This document shows, piece after piece, positions 36,195 through 46,673 of a stretch of 64,000 nucleotides of DNA. How positions within the stretch are numbered: the stretch's first letter is position 1; each line of letters opens with the position of its first letter. A program made the position numbers and the translations under genes. The notes beneath the pieces are model-generated. The model ran no database searches and was not told where the DNA came from. It saw nothing but the letters and a program-made list of their open reading frames with translations. Origin of the DNA: an uncultured virus (IMG/VR IMGVR_UViG_3300049732_000141) (Duplodnaviria; Heunggongvirae; Uroviricota; Caudoviricetes); the IMG/VR virus record IMGVR_UViG_3300049732_000141, one strand, 5' to 3'.

Positions 36195-39100
36195 TTACTC
36201 CCCTACTGCGATGAGCAGTGACTTGTGATAGAAGAACCGATTCACCCCGACCTTGTTCGTGCCACCGAAGTAGATCGCAGGCACCGAGGGTTCCCCCTCG
36301 GGCACGTTGTTCGTTTCGGCCGTCTCCGGGCCGTCGTTGATGCTGAAGTAGACCGTGCTTGGCGTATCTCCGGAGGCCGGAATCCAACGGATACGCAGGA
36401 TGGCCTCCGCCGGAAGGTCCGAGGAACCGCCGACGATGGTCGCCAGCCCGCTGGTCGTGCTCAGGTTGTTGGCTCCATTCTTCGTCAGGCCCACCCACGC
36501 GCCCTCTCCGCCGTCCGAACGGTAGGCGATAGCCGTATACCATCCGGGCGTAGCAGGCGAAACGATAGTCTGCGAATCGGTCAGCGCCACCGTGCTGATG
36601 GCGAAGAAGATCCGGACCGAAGAGATGTCGGCCACCGCAATGCGGGCCACGGCGTCGAAGGGACGGTCCCACAGCGAGGTCGAGAAGGCCGTGCCGTTGT
36701 TGACGTAGCTGGTCGTGTTGATCGTCGGCCCGGCGTTGAAACGCCGATAGTAACGGCCGTTGATTGTCTGGTAGACCGGCGTGCCCGGGTTCGTGTTGGC
36801 CCACGCCGACATCTGGATCGGGATGCCGGTGCCGGTGATCGCCACGGCCTCGGCCACGATGGAGCCCATGACCGTGGGGCCAAAGCCCTGCGAGGCCTGC
36901 GCGGGCATGTCGAGATACCAGCCGAAGCGGGTCTCTCCGCCTCCCTGCTTGTAGTAGCGGACGCCGTTACTCCGGATGTAGGTCGTGCCCACAGGAGCTT
37001 CGAACACTCCCTGCGGATGGACGTCCCCTCGGAGCAGGCCGCCGCTTCCCCCGATGCTGCCCACTCCGACGAGCCCGGTGCTGACGGCCGCTCCGCCAGA
37101 GCCGATGGTCTCCTTGCCGATCTGCATCAGCAGGTCTTCGAGGTCGAATCGCACCGAGGAGGCCGTCACGTTGTAGCGCGGCAGGACCAGATCCGACTCG
37201 TCGTGGATCTGGTCGATGGAGACGTCCTGAATCAGGAACGTGCCGCTGATCGGCGGGTTGGTCAGGTTGATGTTGACACGCTGGCCGGACTTCGACTTCG
37301 GGTCGCGGGTAGAATACCGAACCGTGATGATGGGCTTGGAGAACAACTCCAGTTCCGCGTTCGCCCGCATATACAACTGCTGCGGTAGATACAGGGAGTC
37401 GTCCTTGATGACCACCTCGTGAACGCCGTCCGTGGGGTTGCCGTCCGCGTCCAGTTCGACCTTGCCCATCGCTTCCTGCGAGGCAAAGTCGTTGATCTGC
37501 ATGTAGAACCGGACGGAACTTCCCGCCGGGATGGCGTCCGTGATCGCCTGCGTCAGGAACACCGCGCCCGGACCCGGCTCGTTCGTGCCCGGCGCGAAAT
37601 AGATCAGCACCTTGCCGTTGACAATGATCTCGCCTCCGGCCTCCCCGAAGATCGAGCAGTCGGACACCTGAAGCTGACTGTCGCCCGGCGCGGCATCCTC
37701 GGTCACTGAGGTGCCCATGCCGAGGATCGTCACGCGGTTCCGAAGCTGCGACTGATCCTTCGTGCTGGTGATCGGCTGGTCCCGGATCAGCAGCGTGCTG
37801 TTGTGATCGATGTCCTCCGGCGGATCGGTATCCTCCAGATACGGCCCATCCGGGTTCGGCCAAATCAGACTCGGGGTGTCTCCCGTGAAGCGCGGCCGGT
37901 CGCCGTAGTCGATCTCGGTGTTGTCCGGCTCCCCGGTGCTGCCGTAGGGCATGTTGCACCAGAAGTGCGGGATAAAGACCGCCGGGTCATCGACAATGAT
38001 CCCGCCGCTGCCCGTGGGTGGGAGCTTCTTCGCATAGATCTTGTAGTAGGCCGGGCTCACCCCGTTGATGTCCGGGAAGAGCGGCAGCGAGAGGAACGTC
38101 GGGAAGTTCAGCGTCGTCGAGAGGCCCGGCCCGGTGCCACTCGGCAGAGGCGTCTGCCCGAGATACACCGAGTTCGAGAATGGCGACGGCAGGGACTCCG
38201 TGCCGTCCTGATAGACCGCCGACGCCTGAAACACCCAGTTCCCGTTCGAGCCCGTTTGCACGTTCGGAGGCGGGAAGTTGGTCCCACTCGGGTTCAAGAA
38301 CGGATCATCGTAGGTGACGATGCCCACCACGGGGGCCGTGATCGGGGCCGGGGTGGGCGGGGTAACCGGCGGGGTGATGATCGCACCCTGACTGCCCTCG
38401 TAGACGATGGGAGCCGCGACGATGCCGCCCGGGAACACCGTGATGCTGGTCGTCGTGTTGTCATTGATCCGCCAGCCGCGAATCATCGGGAACGTGCCGC
38501 GCCCGAAGTAGATCCGGCGGCCTACGCAGGTGATCCCGCCGCCCGGGTCGGTCCCGAGGGGGATATCGTCCATCTGCATGTAGTTCGTGCCCGTGAACGG
38601 CACGATGGCCGAGATGGGGCCGAGGCGCGACTCGACGCCATTCGAATACAGGAACGTGGACCGCACGTAGTAGTAGCCGGTCGTGAAGCTGGCCAGATAC
38701 TCGATGGGCCCGTCCTCGGTCAACGTAATGGGCGTCCCGGGACCCGGCGAAGTCGGCACCGTGACCACGCCCTCGGGCGGAGGCACGTGGAAGAAGTGCA
38801 TGTCCTTGTCATAGTCCACATACCAGTGACCGCCGCCGATGCTGCGGGCGATCTCCGAGAGGCAGGTCATCAGGTCCATCGTGCCGTCGAACTCCGCCGA
38901 CACCGGCGCGAGGTTCGTCTGCACGTGTTCGACCGTGAATCCCGGGGCGAACTTCGCCATCAGGTCGATGACCACGGTGGACGCCGACACGTTCACATAC
39001 TTGCCGGACGGGCGATACTTGTTGAGCAACCACGTGAAGTCCGTGGCCATGCAGTTCCAGACCAGTTGGTTCGTCTGGCCCTCGTAAGCCTGATCGACGG

Positions 39101-39872
39101 ACTGAATGATGCCCCGGAAGAGCACTCGGTCGCCGTCCTCCGGATCGGTGATCTCGATCTCCTCGCCGGGCAACGGTTCCTGACTCTCGCCGTCCACGGA
39201 GAACGTCGCCGTGTTCGGGGCATTGTTCAGCGCATCTCGAATGCCGACGCCCGGCATCCGGCGGAAGTCCTCGCCACGCACCAGCAGCGTGTATTTGAAT
39301 CCGTTTCGGAGGGTGGCCTCATTGTCATCCGGGTCCACCACCCGCACGTCCACGAAGCCCTCCGCGTGCGAGGGCGTGGTGCAGGCGATGTGCGAGGAAT
39401 CGATGAACACCACGTTGGTGGCCGCATCGTCCCCGAAGAACACCGTCGAACCGTCCACGAAGTTGAAGCCGACGATGACCACGTCGGTGCCGCCGCCGAA
39501 GGGCCCGAAGGGTGGCTCGACGCCCGTGATGACGGCCTCGTAGTAGATGAAGCCATCCACCAGCGTGTGGCTGCCGCCGTAGGTCGTGACCGTGACATCG
39601 ACGGCCCCGGCCTCCGTGGCCGCAGGCACGACGCACGTGATCTCCGTCGCGGAGACAACCACCACGCTCGTGGCGGCCACCCCGCCGATGAGCACCTCGG
39701 GAGCCGAGCCGTCCTGATGGTTGGCAAACCGGATGCCGCTGATCGTGACCGAAACGCCGCCCGCCAAATAGCTGGAATTCGGATCAACCGAATAGACGAC
39801 GGGCCCCGTCTCCGCCCAGTGATTGGACGGAGTCGGAGCCGCCGCCGGGAAGAAGGGAGGCTTAAAGGCCAA
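36195..39872 (-). CDS. tail tip/hub protein with two N-terminal IPT/TIG domains
   Basis: Two PxxGxxxGGTxVxIxG repeats; position after the tape measure region. Confidence 0.8.
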   Translation of the reverse strand: MAFKPPFFPAAAPTPSNHWAETGPVVYSVDPNSSYLAGGVSVTISGIRFANHQDGSAPEVLIGGVAATSVVVVSATEITCVVPAATEAGAVDVTVTTYGGSHTLVDGFIYYEAVITGVEPPFGPFGGGTDVVIVGFNFVDGSTVFFGDDAATNVVFIDSSHIACTTPSHAEGFVDVRVVDPDDNEATLRNGFKYTLLVRGEDFRRMPGVGIRDALNNAPNTATFSVDGESQEPLPGEEIEITDPEDGDRVLFRGIIQSVDQAYEGQTNQLVWNCMATDFTWLLNKYRPSGKYVNVSASTVVIDLMAKFAPGFTVEHVQTNLAPVSAEFDGTMDLMTCLSEIARSIGGGHWYVDYDKDMHFFHVPPPEGVVTVPTSPGPGTPITLTEDGPIEYLASFTTGYYYVRSTFLYSNGVESRLGPISAIVPFTGTNYMQMDDIPLGTDPGGGITCVGRRIYFGRGTFPMIRGWRINDNTTTSITVFPGGIVAAPIVYEGSQGAIITPPVTPPTPAPITAPVVGIVTYDDPFLNPSGTNFPPPNVQTGSNGNWVFQASAVYQDGTESLPSPFSNSVYLGQTPLPSGTGPGLSTTLNFPTFLSLPLFPDINGVSPAYYKIYAKKLPPTGSGGIIVDDPAVFIPHFWCNMPYGSTGEPDNTEIDYGDRPRFTGDTPSLIWPNPDGPYLEDTDPPEDIDHNSTLLIRDQPITSTKDQSQLRNRVTILGMGTSVTEDAAPGDSQLQVSDCSIFGEAGGEIIVNGKVLIYFAPGTNEPGPGAVFLTQAITDAIPAGSSVRFYMQINDFASQEAMGKVELDADGNPTDGVHEVVIKDDSLYLPQQLYMRANAELELFSKPIITVRYSTRDPKSKSGQRVNINLTNPPISGTFLIQDVSIDQIHDESDLVLPRYNVTASSVRFDLEDLLMQIGKETIGSGGAAVSTGLVGVGSIGGSGGLLRGDVHPQGVFEAPVGTTYIRSNGVRYYKQGGGETRFGWYLDMPAQASQGFGPTVMGSIVAEAVAITGTGIPIQMSAWANTNPGTPVYQTINGRYYRRFNAGPTINTTSYVNNGTAFSTSLWDRPFDAVARIAVADISSVRIFFAISTVALTDSQTIVSPATPGWYTAIAYRSDGGEGAWVGLTKNGANNLSTTSGLATIVGGSSDLPAEAILRIRWIPASGDTPSTVYFSINDGPETAETNNVPEGEPSVPAIYFGGTNKVGVNRFFYHKSLLIAVGE

Positions 39873-39884
39873 CGTGTCGGCTCC

Positions 39885-40454
39885 TTAGTTGCCGCCGTTG
39901 GACGTCGGATCGATCAGCGAGAACTGGTGCAGCGTCATGCTGCCGGTCGCCACGGTCTGCGTGAAGAACAGGTCCACCTGCTGTGAGGCCGTCGTGTCGA
40001 AGTTCGACCCGACCGCGGGGGCCGTGTTCCACGGCAGGATGGCCGTCAGGACCCCCTTCGGGGCCGTCGCCGGGACCCCGAGGATGTCCTCGCACGTCCA
40101 CGTGCCGACGCCCATCAGGTTGCCGGTCGAGCCGATGGCCCGGGCAGTCAGCCAGATCTCCAGCTTCCAGCCCACCGTGGTGTGCGCCGCGACCGTGTCG
40201 AGCAGCACCGCGAGGCCGTCGAACACCACGGTGCCGCCGAGGCGCACGTCGAACCGCGCCGTGCCCGGGGTCGTGATGACGGACGAGATGCGGCCCGCCG
40301 CCTTGATCAGCAGTTGCTTGCCGATGGAGTTGAAGTAGTTCGGGCGAAGAGTGAACTTCGCCTGCGACGGGAGCGCCGAGGCAGCCGCAGCCGCCGTCAG
40401 AGTCGAGCCGTCACCAGTTGCCGTTTCCAGAGTCTCCCAAAATCCACGCGCCAT
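39885..40454 (-). CDS. minor tail/virion protein
   Basis: Beta-rich; between TMP and tail tip genes. Confidence 0.65.
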   Translation of the reverse strand: MARGFWETLETATGDGSTLTAAAAASALPSQAKFTLRPNYFNSIGKQLLIKAAGRISSVITTPGTARFDVRLGGTVVFDGLAVLLDTVAAHTTVGWKLEIWLTARAIGSTGNLMGVGTWTCEDILGVPATAPKGVLTAILPWNTAPAVGSNFDTTASQQVDLFFTQTVATGSMTLHQFSLIDPTSNGGN

Positions 40455-40472
40455 TGTTCACCCCTCCCGAGG

Positions 40473-43253
40473 TTAGGCCGACCAGAACTGTCGGCTCATC
40501 TTGATCTTCTGCATCATTTCCCGGGCCACGGTCCTGCCGTCCCCGTTGACACTCACGTTGAACACCACCGACTGCTTCGGCACCCGGCTGGCGAAGAACT
40601 CGCCCATGCTTCCCGAACCACCACCCTCCATCGGCACGATGGCCTCCTTGCCGTGGAGCACCGCCAGCGTGCCGGAACCGAAGTCTCCGTATCCGCCCCC
40701 GGCGAAGCCCGGCGAATCCTTCTTCAGCATCTGGAGCAGCATCGGATACGCCTGCTTGAGCAGGTTGTATCGCAACTGCATCTGCAGATACGTATCCCAC
40801 GATTTGAAGTCCTTCACGTTGGCCTGCGCGGTCGGCAGCAAGTTTTCCAGCGCACGCAGGTCTTCGAGCAGCTTCTTGGGGCCGCCCTGCCGCTCGACGT
40901 CATACTCCGAGATCGGGTCGGCCGTCGTGGAGAAGCTCTGCATGATCTCCTTGGCCTGCCCGGCCAGCCCGGACATCTTGCCGGAGATCTCGGTCGCCTT
41001 GGCCGAGACGCTGTCCAGCGCCCCGCCGAGGCCCGCACGCCACATGGCGGCCGTCTGAGCCGCCGCATCGGCCTGCATCTTCAGGTTCTGGATGTGCGTC
41101 TGCGTGAACTCCGAGGAGTTCCGCGCCGCGAAGTCGTAAGCCTCCTGCGCGTCCCGAGCGAGCTTCTGCCAATACGCCTTGCTGTTGACGTCCGCCTCCA
41201 GCCGACGCTGGTTCTCCTGCTGATACATCTCGCGGGACATCTGACCGACCCACGTGTAGAAGTCCGCCGTCGCGGTCTTGGCCTTGATGTGCGACTCGAT
41301 CTGCTGCCGCTCCCACTGCCGAATGTGCAGCATCGTCATATCGGTCGCCACGCCGCTCCGCGCCTCGCGCAGCGCGTGATACTCGTTCCACCGGGCGAGG
41401 CTATCCTGCTGAGCCTTGGCCTCCAGCTTCATGGCCTCCTGTTCGGCATCCAGCGCCTTCGCCACGGCCGTGATCTGAGTAGCCGTCACGCCGTAGGCAG
41501 TCGCCAGCGTGCCCTGCGCGACACCCGCTTCGAGGTAGCCCTTGATGGCGGCCACCTGCGTCTGGTCCATCGCCTGCACGGTGAGCTTCCACGAATCACC
41601 GGAGGACTTGAGTTCGGCCTGCGCCGCTGCGAGCTTCTTGGACTCGGCCTCGGTCTTGGCGAGGATGTGGGCGCGGGCCTGCTCCATGACCTGCAGGTTC
41701 TTCGTCTCGACGGCCGCCACGCGCTTCGCCTCGGCCTCCTTGGCGGCAGCCGCAGCCGCAGCTTCGGCCGCCTGCGCGGCTTGCGCCGTCTTGTGCGCCG
41801 CGTCAGCCTGCTTGAGCAGTTCCTCGTTCAGCTTGCGGGACTCGATGGCGGCCCGCGCCTCCTCGGCGGAGAAGCCCTGCAGCCGGAGCCCGAGGTTCTC
41901 GAAGAACCCGCTCACGGCTTCCGTCTGGCCGATCTTGTAGGCCGCCACAACCGCGCCAATGGCCACGGCCAGCGCCCCGAGGGGGCCAATCGCGGCCATC
42001 GCGCCCTCCGCCAACAGCGCGACGGACGCCCGGGCGTCGGCCAAGCTGGAGAAGTCCAGCGTCTTGAGCACTCCGGCGGCCGAGCCCACGGCACCCGTGA
42101 TGCCCTGCCAGATCTTCGGCCACGAGGTCAGCGCCGTGCCGAGGTTGCCCGCCACACCGATCAGGCCCTCGATGGTATTGCCCGCGACCTGCAGTGCTCC
42201 ACCGGCAGCCACGACGCCGACGCCCGCAGCCACGGACCATTTCGCCACTTCCTTGAACCAGTCGGGGAGAGTGTTCCACTCCTGCACGACGGTCTTGGCG
42301 AGATTCGTGACCCACTGCCACGCGTCCCGGAACCACTGGATGACCTTCGGGCCGTAGTAGGCCACCTGATCAGCGAAGGCGTTCACCCACTCCAGAATCT
42401 TTTCCTGCACGCTGGCCGTGTCCCCGAATGCGGAGAACAGCGCGTCCCGGATGGCCGTGAAAGCCTTCACGACGTTCGGGGACGTGGCGACGGCCTTCAG
42501 CAGGTCGTTGTAGAAGTTCGTCCACGTGGTCTGGATCTGCGCGATGATCTCATCCACGCCGTCCGTCTGCTCCCCGAGCTTGGCCGTTGCCTTGCCGACC
42601 GCCTCCAGAATGCCGAGGCGGGCCGCGTGCAGCTTGCCCTCATTCGTGAGGTGGTCCACGGTCGTTCCGAGGGTCTCCGCATACTTCTTCTCGGCGGCCT
42701 CCAGATCGATGCGCCCGGTCAACTGCTGCAGGGACCGCGTGCGGCCCGTGAGCAGCGCCTGATTGACGGTCTCCAGCGCCTGCGCGACGTCCTGCCCGGT
42801 CGCCTGCGCGAGGGCGAACGCGCCGTCCGCCATCTGTTTGAACTGGTCATCGGTGAGGTTCAGACCGGCCGCAAGGTCCTGATTGACCATCTGCATGAGC
42901 CGCAGATCGTCGATGGTGCCGTGCGTGCCGGTTCGCAGTTTGCCGAGGAGCGTGTCGCCCATTCGGCCAGCGCCCTCGGTGAGGCGTTCGAAGCTCTCCG
43001 CGACGTCCCCGATCATCGCCCCTCGGGTCGTGAAGTCCGTCACGATCCCGAGGGCCGAACGGATCGCTCCCTCCACGGCGCGAATCGCCACCTCGGCCGT
43101 GAAGAAGGCCGTGGCCTGCTGCGTCACCGTGCTTCCCATGCGAGAGAACATTCGCTCGAACTGCTCGACGGAGACCGTCGAGAGGTCGAGCACGGGCGTC
43201 AGCTTGTCATCAAGCTCGACCCGTCCGGAGAGAACGCCAATGTCCAAACTCAC
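40473..43253 (-). CDS. tape measure protein
   Basis: Long Ala-rich helical protein after tail chaperones; C-terminal FAGGG...LHGKEAIVP. Confidence 0.9.
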   Translation of the reverse strand: MSLDIGVLSGRVELDDKLTPVLDLSTVSVEQFERMFSRMGSTVTQQATAFFTAEVAIRAVEGAIRSALGIVTDFTTRGAMIGDVAESFERLTEGAGRMGDTLLGKLRTGTHGTIDDLRLMQMVNQDLAAGLNLTDDQFKQMADGAFALAQATGQDVAQALETVNQALLTGRTRSLQQLTGRIDLEAAEKKYAETLGTTVDHLTNEGKLHAARLGILEAVGKATAKLGEQTDGVDEIIAQIQTTWTNFYNDLLKAVATSPNVVKAFTAIRDALFSAFGDTASVQEKILEWVNAFADQVAYYGPKVIQWFRDAWQWVTNLAKTVVQEWNTLPDWFKEVAKWSVAAGVGVVAAGGALQVAGNTIEGLIGVAGNLGTALTSWPKIWQGITGAVGSAAGVLKTLDFSSLADARASVALLAEGAMAAIGPLGALAVAIGAVVAAYKIGQTEAVSGFFENLGLRLQGFSAEEARAAIESRKLNEELLKQADAAHKTAQAAQAAEAAAAAAAKEAEAKRVAAVETKNLQVMEQARAHILAKTEAESKKLAAAQAELKSSGDSWKLTVQAMDQTQVAAIKGYLEAGVAQGTLATAYGVTATQITAVAKALDAEQEAMKLEAKAQQDSLARWNEYHALREARSGVATDMTMLHIRQWERQQIESHIKAKTATADFYTWVGQMSREMYQQENQRRLEADVNSKAYWQKLARDAQEAYDFAARNSSEFTQTHIQNLKMQADAAAQTAAMWRAGLGGALDSVSAKATEISGKMSGLAGQAKEIMQSFSTTADPISEYDVERQGGPKKLLEDLRALENLLPTAQANVKDFKSWDTYLQMQLRYNLLKQAYPMLLQMLKKDSPGFAGGGYGDFGSGTLAVLHGKEAIVPMEGGGSGSMGEFFASRVPKQSVVFNVSVNGDGRTVAREMMQKIKMSRQFWSA

Positions 43254-43645
43254 CGTTTACGCCGCCTTTGTTTGAGGGCCTCCTCGGCCTTGGCCGAGGC
43301 AGCCATCATCATACCAATGAGCCGCTGTTGCTGCCAGCTTTGCCGTGGAGCCGCCTGAGCGGCCTCCTCGGGGGTCTTGCCGAACTCCAGCAGGAAATCC
43401 TTGGGCGCGAAGTGCTTCTTCATCCCCGCCTGCGCCGCCGCGATGTTCCACATGGTGGCGCAGATCGATGCCGCATGCCAGTCGTCCCGAGCCGCTCCGA
43501 TGGGCTCGATCCGGTCGTAAGCCTGCCACTCAAGGAGGTCCTCGTAGGACATCTCCTTGAGCAGCCGGTCTGGACTTACTCGGCCGAGGGCGAGGGCGAG
43601 GCGGCAGGCGAAGCGCCGGAGCCCGCTTCGCCGGAGTCGTTTTTT
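43250..43645 (-). CDS. tail assembly chaperone gpT part (-1 frameshift extension)
   Basis: -1 frame RRFACRLALALGR...MSYEDLLEW is open from the slippery site. Confidence 0.8.
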   Translation of the reverse strand, partial: KKRLRRSGLRRFACRLALALGRVSPDRLLKEMSYEDLLEWQAYDRIEPIGAARDDWHAASICATMWNIAAAQAGMKKHFAPKDFLLEFGKTPEEAAQAAPRQSWQQQRLIGMMMAASAKAEEALKQRRRKR

Positions 43646-43992
43646 ACCGACTCCGCCTTCCCGACGCCGATGCCGTTGAGCCTCAGCGCCCGCTCGATCA
43701 GCTTCTTGCAGTCGCTGGCGTCCTTGCGCCGGAGCTTCTCGATCATGCTGTCGTGCTGGTCGGCAGGGAGGCCATTGCCGTCCTCATCGACGAGGGCCTT
43801 GACCAGCATGCGGAAGCCCGCCAGCTTGGCCTTCTCCTTGTCATCGTTTTCCTCGACCCACGCCAGCATGTCGAACGCGCTCAGCGAGGCGAGACGCACG
43901 GTGCCCCCGAACGCCTCGACCGTGTCGAACTTCCGGTCGTCAGCCGTCTCCAGTTCCGCAAACGACAGGACCTTCTTCTTTCGTTCCGCCAT
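43576..43992 (-). CDS. tail assembly chaperone gpG
   Basis: Position; slippery heptamer A AAA AAC near 3' end. Confidence 0.85.
   Translation of the reverse strand: MAERKKKVLSFAELETADDRKFDTVEAFGGTVRLASLSAFDMLAWVEENDDKEKAKLAGFRMLVKALVDEDGNGLPADQHDSMIEKLRRKDASDCKKLIERALRLNGIGVGKAESVKNDSGEAGSGASPAASPSPSAE
43639..43645 (-). other. programmed -1 frameshift site AAAAAAC
   Basis: GTA AAA AAC in gpG frame. Confidence 0.8.
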
Positions 43993-43994
43993 GA

Positions 43995-44411
43995 TTACCT
44001 CTCTCCCTTTTTAGCGATGACGTTGAATTGCACCTTGATCTGGCTGCCCGTCTCGTCCACCCCGCCGTCGAACGGCTCCTGCAGTGGCTTGATCCAGACA
44101 TACCAACCTGAGTTCACGAACATGTTTCGGATGTTCAGCGCGAGATACACTTCCTCGGCGCGGGCGCGGGCATCCTCGTAGGCATCCGCCCGCACGGTGA
44201 TCTGCGCGGCAGGCTGGATGTAGGCCGGAATGATGGCCGAGTTCTGCGTGTGGTCGGGCGACGTGCCGCCCGTCTCGATGATGTGGACGGTCGGCTCTCC
44301 CGAGGGTAGCCGGGGCACGTTCGCATTGGTCGAGTAGAACAGATCGACGCCCCCGTCGCCTGCCCCTGCGTCCTCGATCAGCGTGACCAGATCTTCCAGA
44401 AACGTCGCCAT
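43995..44411 (-). CDS. tail terminator / minor capsid-type protein
   Basis: ETGG...P..Q..VRA pattern; position. Confidence 0.7.
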   Translation of the reverse strand: MATFLEDLVTLIEDAGAGDGGVDLFYSTNANVPRLPSGEPTVHIIETGGTSPDHTQNSAIIPAYIQPAAQITVRADAYEDARARAEEVYLALNIRNMFVNSGWYVWIKPLQEPFDGGVDETGSQIKVQFNVIAKKGER

Positions 44412-44419
44412 GTCTGCTC

Positions 44420-44809
44420 CTATCGGTTCATGTCTTCCAATTGCAACCGCCGGGCCACCCGGGCCGCCATCGTCCGGCGGCTCTCCATGATGACCGATTC
44501 GAGGAACTTGGCCTGCCCCACGTCGTGCTTGGCCGTCAAGTTCTCATGCACGAAGATCGCGTAGGGAGCCGCCGGGCCGCCACACACGATCAGCGTGTAG
44601 ATGATCTCGCGCTCCCGGAACGGGCCCTGCGGGTGAACCGACCCCCGCAGATGGCCCTCGTCAACCGGCGTGCGCCGCTTCACCTCGGTCGAGTCGATCT
44701 CCGTTTCCTGATACAGCGCCGCCCCCGCTCGATCCGGGAAGTTCTTCTTGATCCGCTGGATCTTGTTTCGCATCTCCCGAGCGCCCCTGAGCTTGGCTCC
44801 TGACGGCAT
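44420..44809 (-). CDS. HK97 gp10-like tail completion protein
   Basis: TPVDEGHLRGS...YAIFVHE...GQAKFLE. Confidence 0.8.
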   Translation of the reverse strand: MPSGAKLRGAREMRNKIQRIKKNFPDRAGAALYQETEIDSTEVKRRTPVDEGHLRGSVHPQGPFREREIIYTLIVCGGPAAPYAIFVHENLTAKHDVGQAKFLESVIMESRRTMAARVARRLQLEDMNR

Positions 44810-46673
44810 TCAGTGTCTCCACGTATCGGCGGCCAATGCGGGCCCACTGGTATTCTGGCCGGGCCACCAGCGCCAACCCGCGCTCACGCAGGTTCATCCG
44901 CTGTTCCCGGTTCGAATACAGGTCCTTGAGGGCTTGCACGGCGGCCTGTTCGTCCATAATACCTCCGATGGCGTTCGCCACCGGAGTCACGGACGTCATC
45001 GAGCAGGGCACCATCAGTGCGGCATCTGCGGCCCACTCCCCGAGGGCCGACCAATGCGGCAGGATCTGCGGAATACCGCAGGCCATGCCCTCCATCGTCG
45101 TCAGGCCCCATCCCTCGCCCTGCGTCGTGGTCATCTGCACGTCGAACGCCCGGTAGGTGTTCCTCACCCCCTCGTCCGTTGCGCCCGCCCACACGTCTGG
45201 CTGCGACAGGATCAGCCGCCGGAAGTTCGGCACGCTGAACCCGTAGTAGGCCGCCAACTGCTGCACGTTCACCCCGACATCGCCCGTGGGGCACACGTGC
45301 AGGTAGAGAAACGCATCCTGCGCCTTCGTCTCGTCGAGGAACCGGGCGAAGTAGCGCACCGTCAGGTCGAGGTGCTTGCGCGGCTGGTTCCGGTTGACGT
45401 TGCCGACGATGAAGATCTCTTCCCGGCAGAGAGCCTCGGGAAGCCCGAGGGCCTGCCTTGCCTCGACCTTGTCGCCCGGCGTGAACGTCGTGCGGTCGGT
45501 CCCGAGGGGGATCACCGTGCTTGGGGCCTTGAGACCGGCGAGGTTGGCCTCCTCCTGCGCGAAGCGGGTCCAGAAGATCACGTGGTCGAGCCCCTGCAGC
45601 ATCGAGGCGCGGCAGTTGGCCCCGTCCACGGCGATGACCCCGACCATCTTCGGCCGGATGGCGTTGATCTTCGGGATCTCCTTCATGTAGCGCGGGATGT
45701 TCCACGGGTCCTGCTGGATCACGACGACGTCCGGCTCATACTTGTCGATCATCTCGGCCAGACGTGAAGCACCGAAGGGCTCCTCCCGGGTGAACGCCCG
45801 CGCCGCCGGATGCATCGGGTATGGATAGTTGTGGGGCTCCCCTCGGTAATTGATCCCGAGCACCACGACCTTCCACTCCTGAGACACGGTCTTGAGGATC
45901 TCATGAGTGCAACGGGCGAAGCCGCTGTCGCAGCCCGCGTCTCCCACCCATAGCAGCACTGGGCGCTCCCGCACGGGCGGGGGCGCGGAGGGCTTGGCCG
46001 GGCCGGTGTAGACGTAGTCCGGGCCGCCCCACAGGGGCATCCTGACGCCCCGGCTGCCGGGTGTGAGCGTGCTGGCCACCTCGGCGTGCTGCACGAAGCT
46101 TGGCACGGAGGCCAAGATCTGCGGAATGCGGAGCGCCTGCAGCCAATAGCGCATCGCCAGATCGTAGGCCCCGGTGCTGACTCCGCCGTCCGGCCCGGTC
46201 ACGGTCGGGTTCTTTTCGAGGTAGGCGATGAGCCCCGGCGCGAACTTCACATCGAGCGCGAACGCCTGCGTGCAGCAGAACACGGACGTCGGGTAGTTCC
46301 AACTCGTGAACTTCTGCATGGACCGGATCTTCGGGTGGGGCACCGAGAAGGAATACATCGGAATCGAGGGCCGGGCATGGTCCGTCAACCAGCGCTCGAC
46401 GCTGCCGAACAGGTCCTTGCACGGCTCGATGTCGTCCTCCAGAAAGAGAATGAAATCGGAGCCAACCTGCAGCGCCCGGTGCAGGCCCTCCTTCAGCGCG
46501 GAGATGACGTTCTCCGTGGCCGTTCGCTGGTTGGAGCAGAGGACGTTCACCTCGGGCATGCCGAGCGGATCGTCCGCGTGCGACCTCTGAATGAGATCCA
46601 GTGTCCTCTTACAGATGGTCTCCCGAGCGGGAGTGGTGATCATGACCGCCGTGACTGTGAACTTCTCCTTCAT
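44661..46673 (-). CDS. two-domain glycosyltransferase (GT-A plus GT-B/GT4)
   Basis: LFLEDD (GT-A); SGFA, NRNQPRK, GEGWGL..MEGMACG.P (GT4). Confidence 0.85.
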   Translation of the reverse strand: MKEKFTVTAVMITTPARETICKRTLDLIQRSHADDPLGMPEVNVLCSNQRTATENVISALKEGLHRALQVGSDFILFLEDDIEPCKDLFGSVERWLTDHARPSIPMYSFSVPHPKIRSMQKFTSWNYPTSVFCCTQAFALDVKFAPGLIAYLEKNPTVTGPDGGVSTGAYDLAMRYWLQALRIPQILASVPSFVQHAEVASTLTPGSRGVRMPLWGGPDYVYTGPAKPSAPPPVRERPVLLWVGDAGCDSGFARCTHEILKTVSQEWKVVVLGINYRGEPHNYPYPMHPAARAFTREEPFGASRLAEMIDKYEPDVVVIQQDPWNIPRYMKEIPKINAIRPKMVGVIAVDGANCRASMLQGLDHVIFWTRFAQEEANLAGLKAPSTVIPLGTDRTTFTPGDKVEARQALGLPEALCREEIFIVGNVNRNQPRKHLDLTVRYFARFLDETKAQDAFLYLHVCPTGDVGVNVQQLAAYYGFSVPNFRRLILSQPDVWAGATDEGVRNTYRAFDVQMTTTQGEGWGLTTMEGMACGIPQILPHWSALGEWAADAALMVPCSMTSVTPVANAIGGIMDEQAAVQALKDLYSNREQRMNLRERGLALVARPEYQWARIGRRYVETLNAVRSQAQGRSGDAKQDPADQEELPGSSGGGAVSGNGDRLDRGEAAHAG

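Noticed and set aside
40182..43358. Long plus-strand ORFs here and at 9055, 18878, 21975, 37803, 49877, 61095, plus minus ORF 27632-29116
   Set aside because: Antisense shadows of real high-GC genes, with no motifs or RBS
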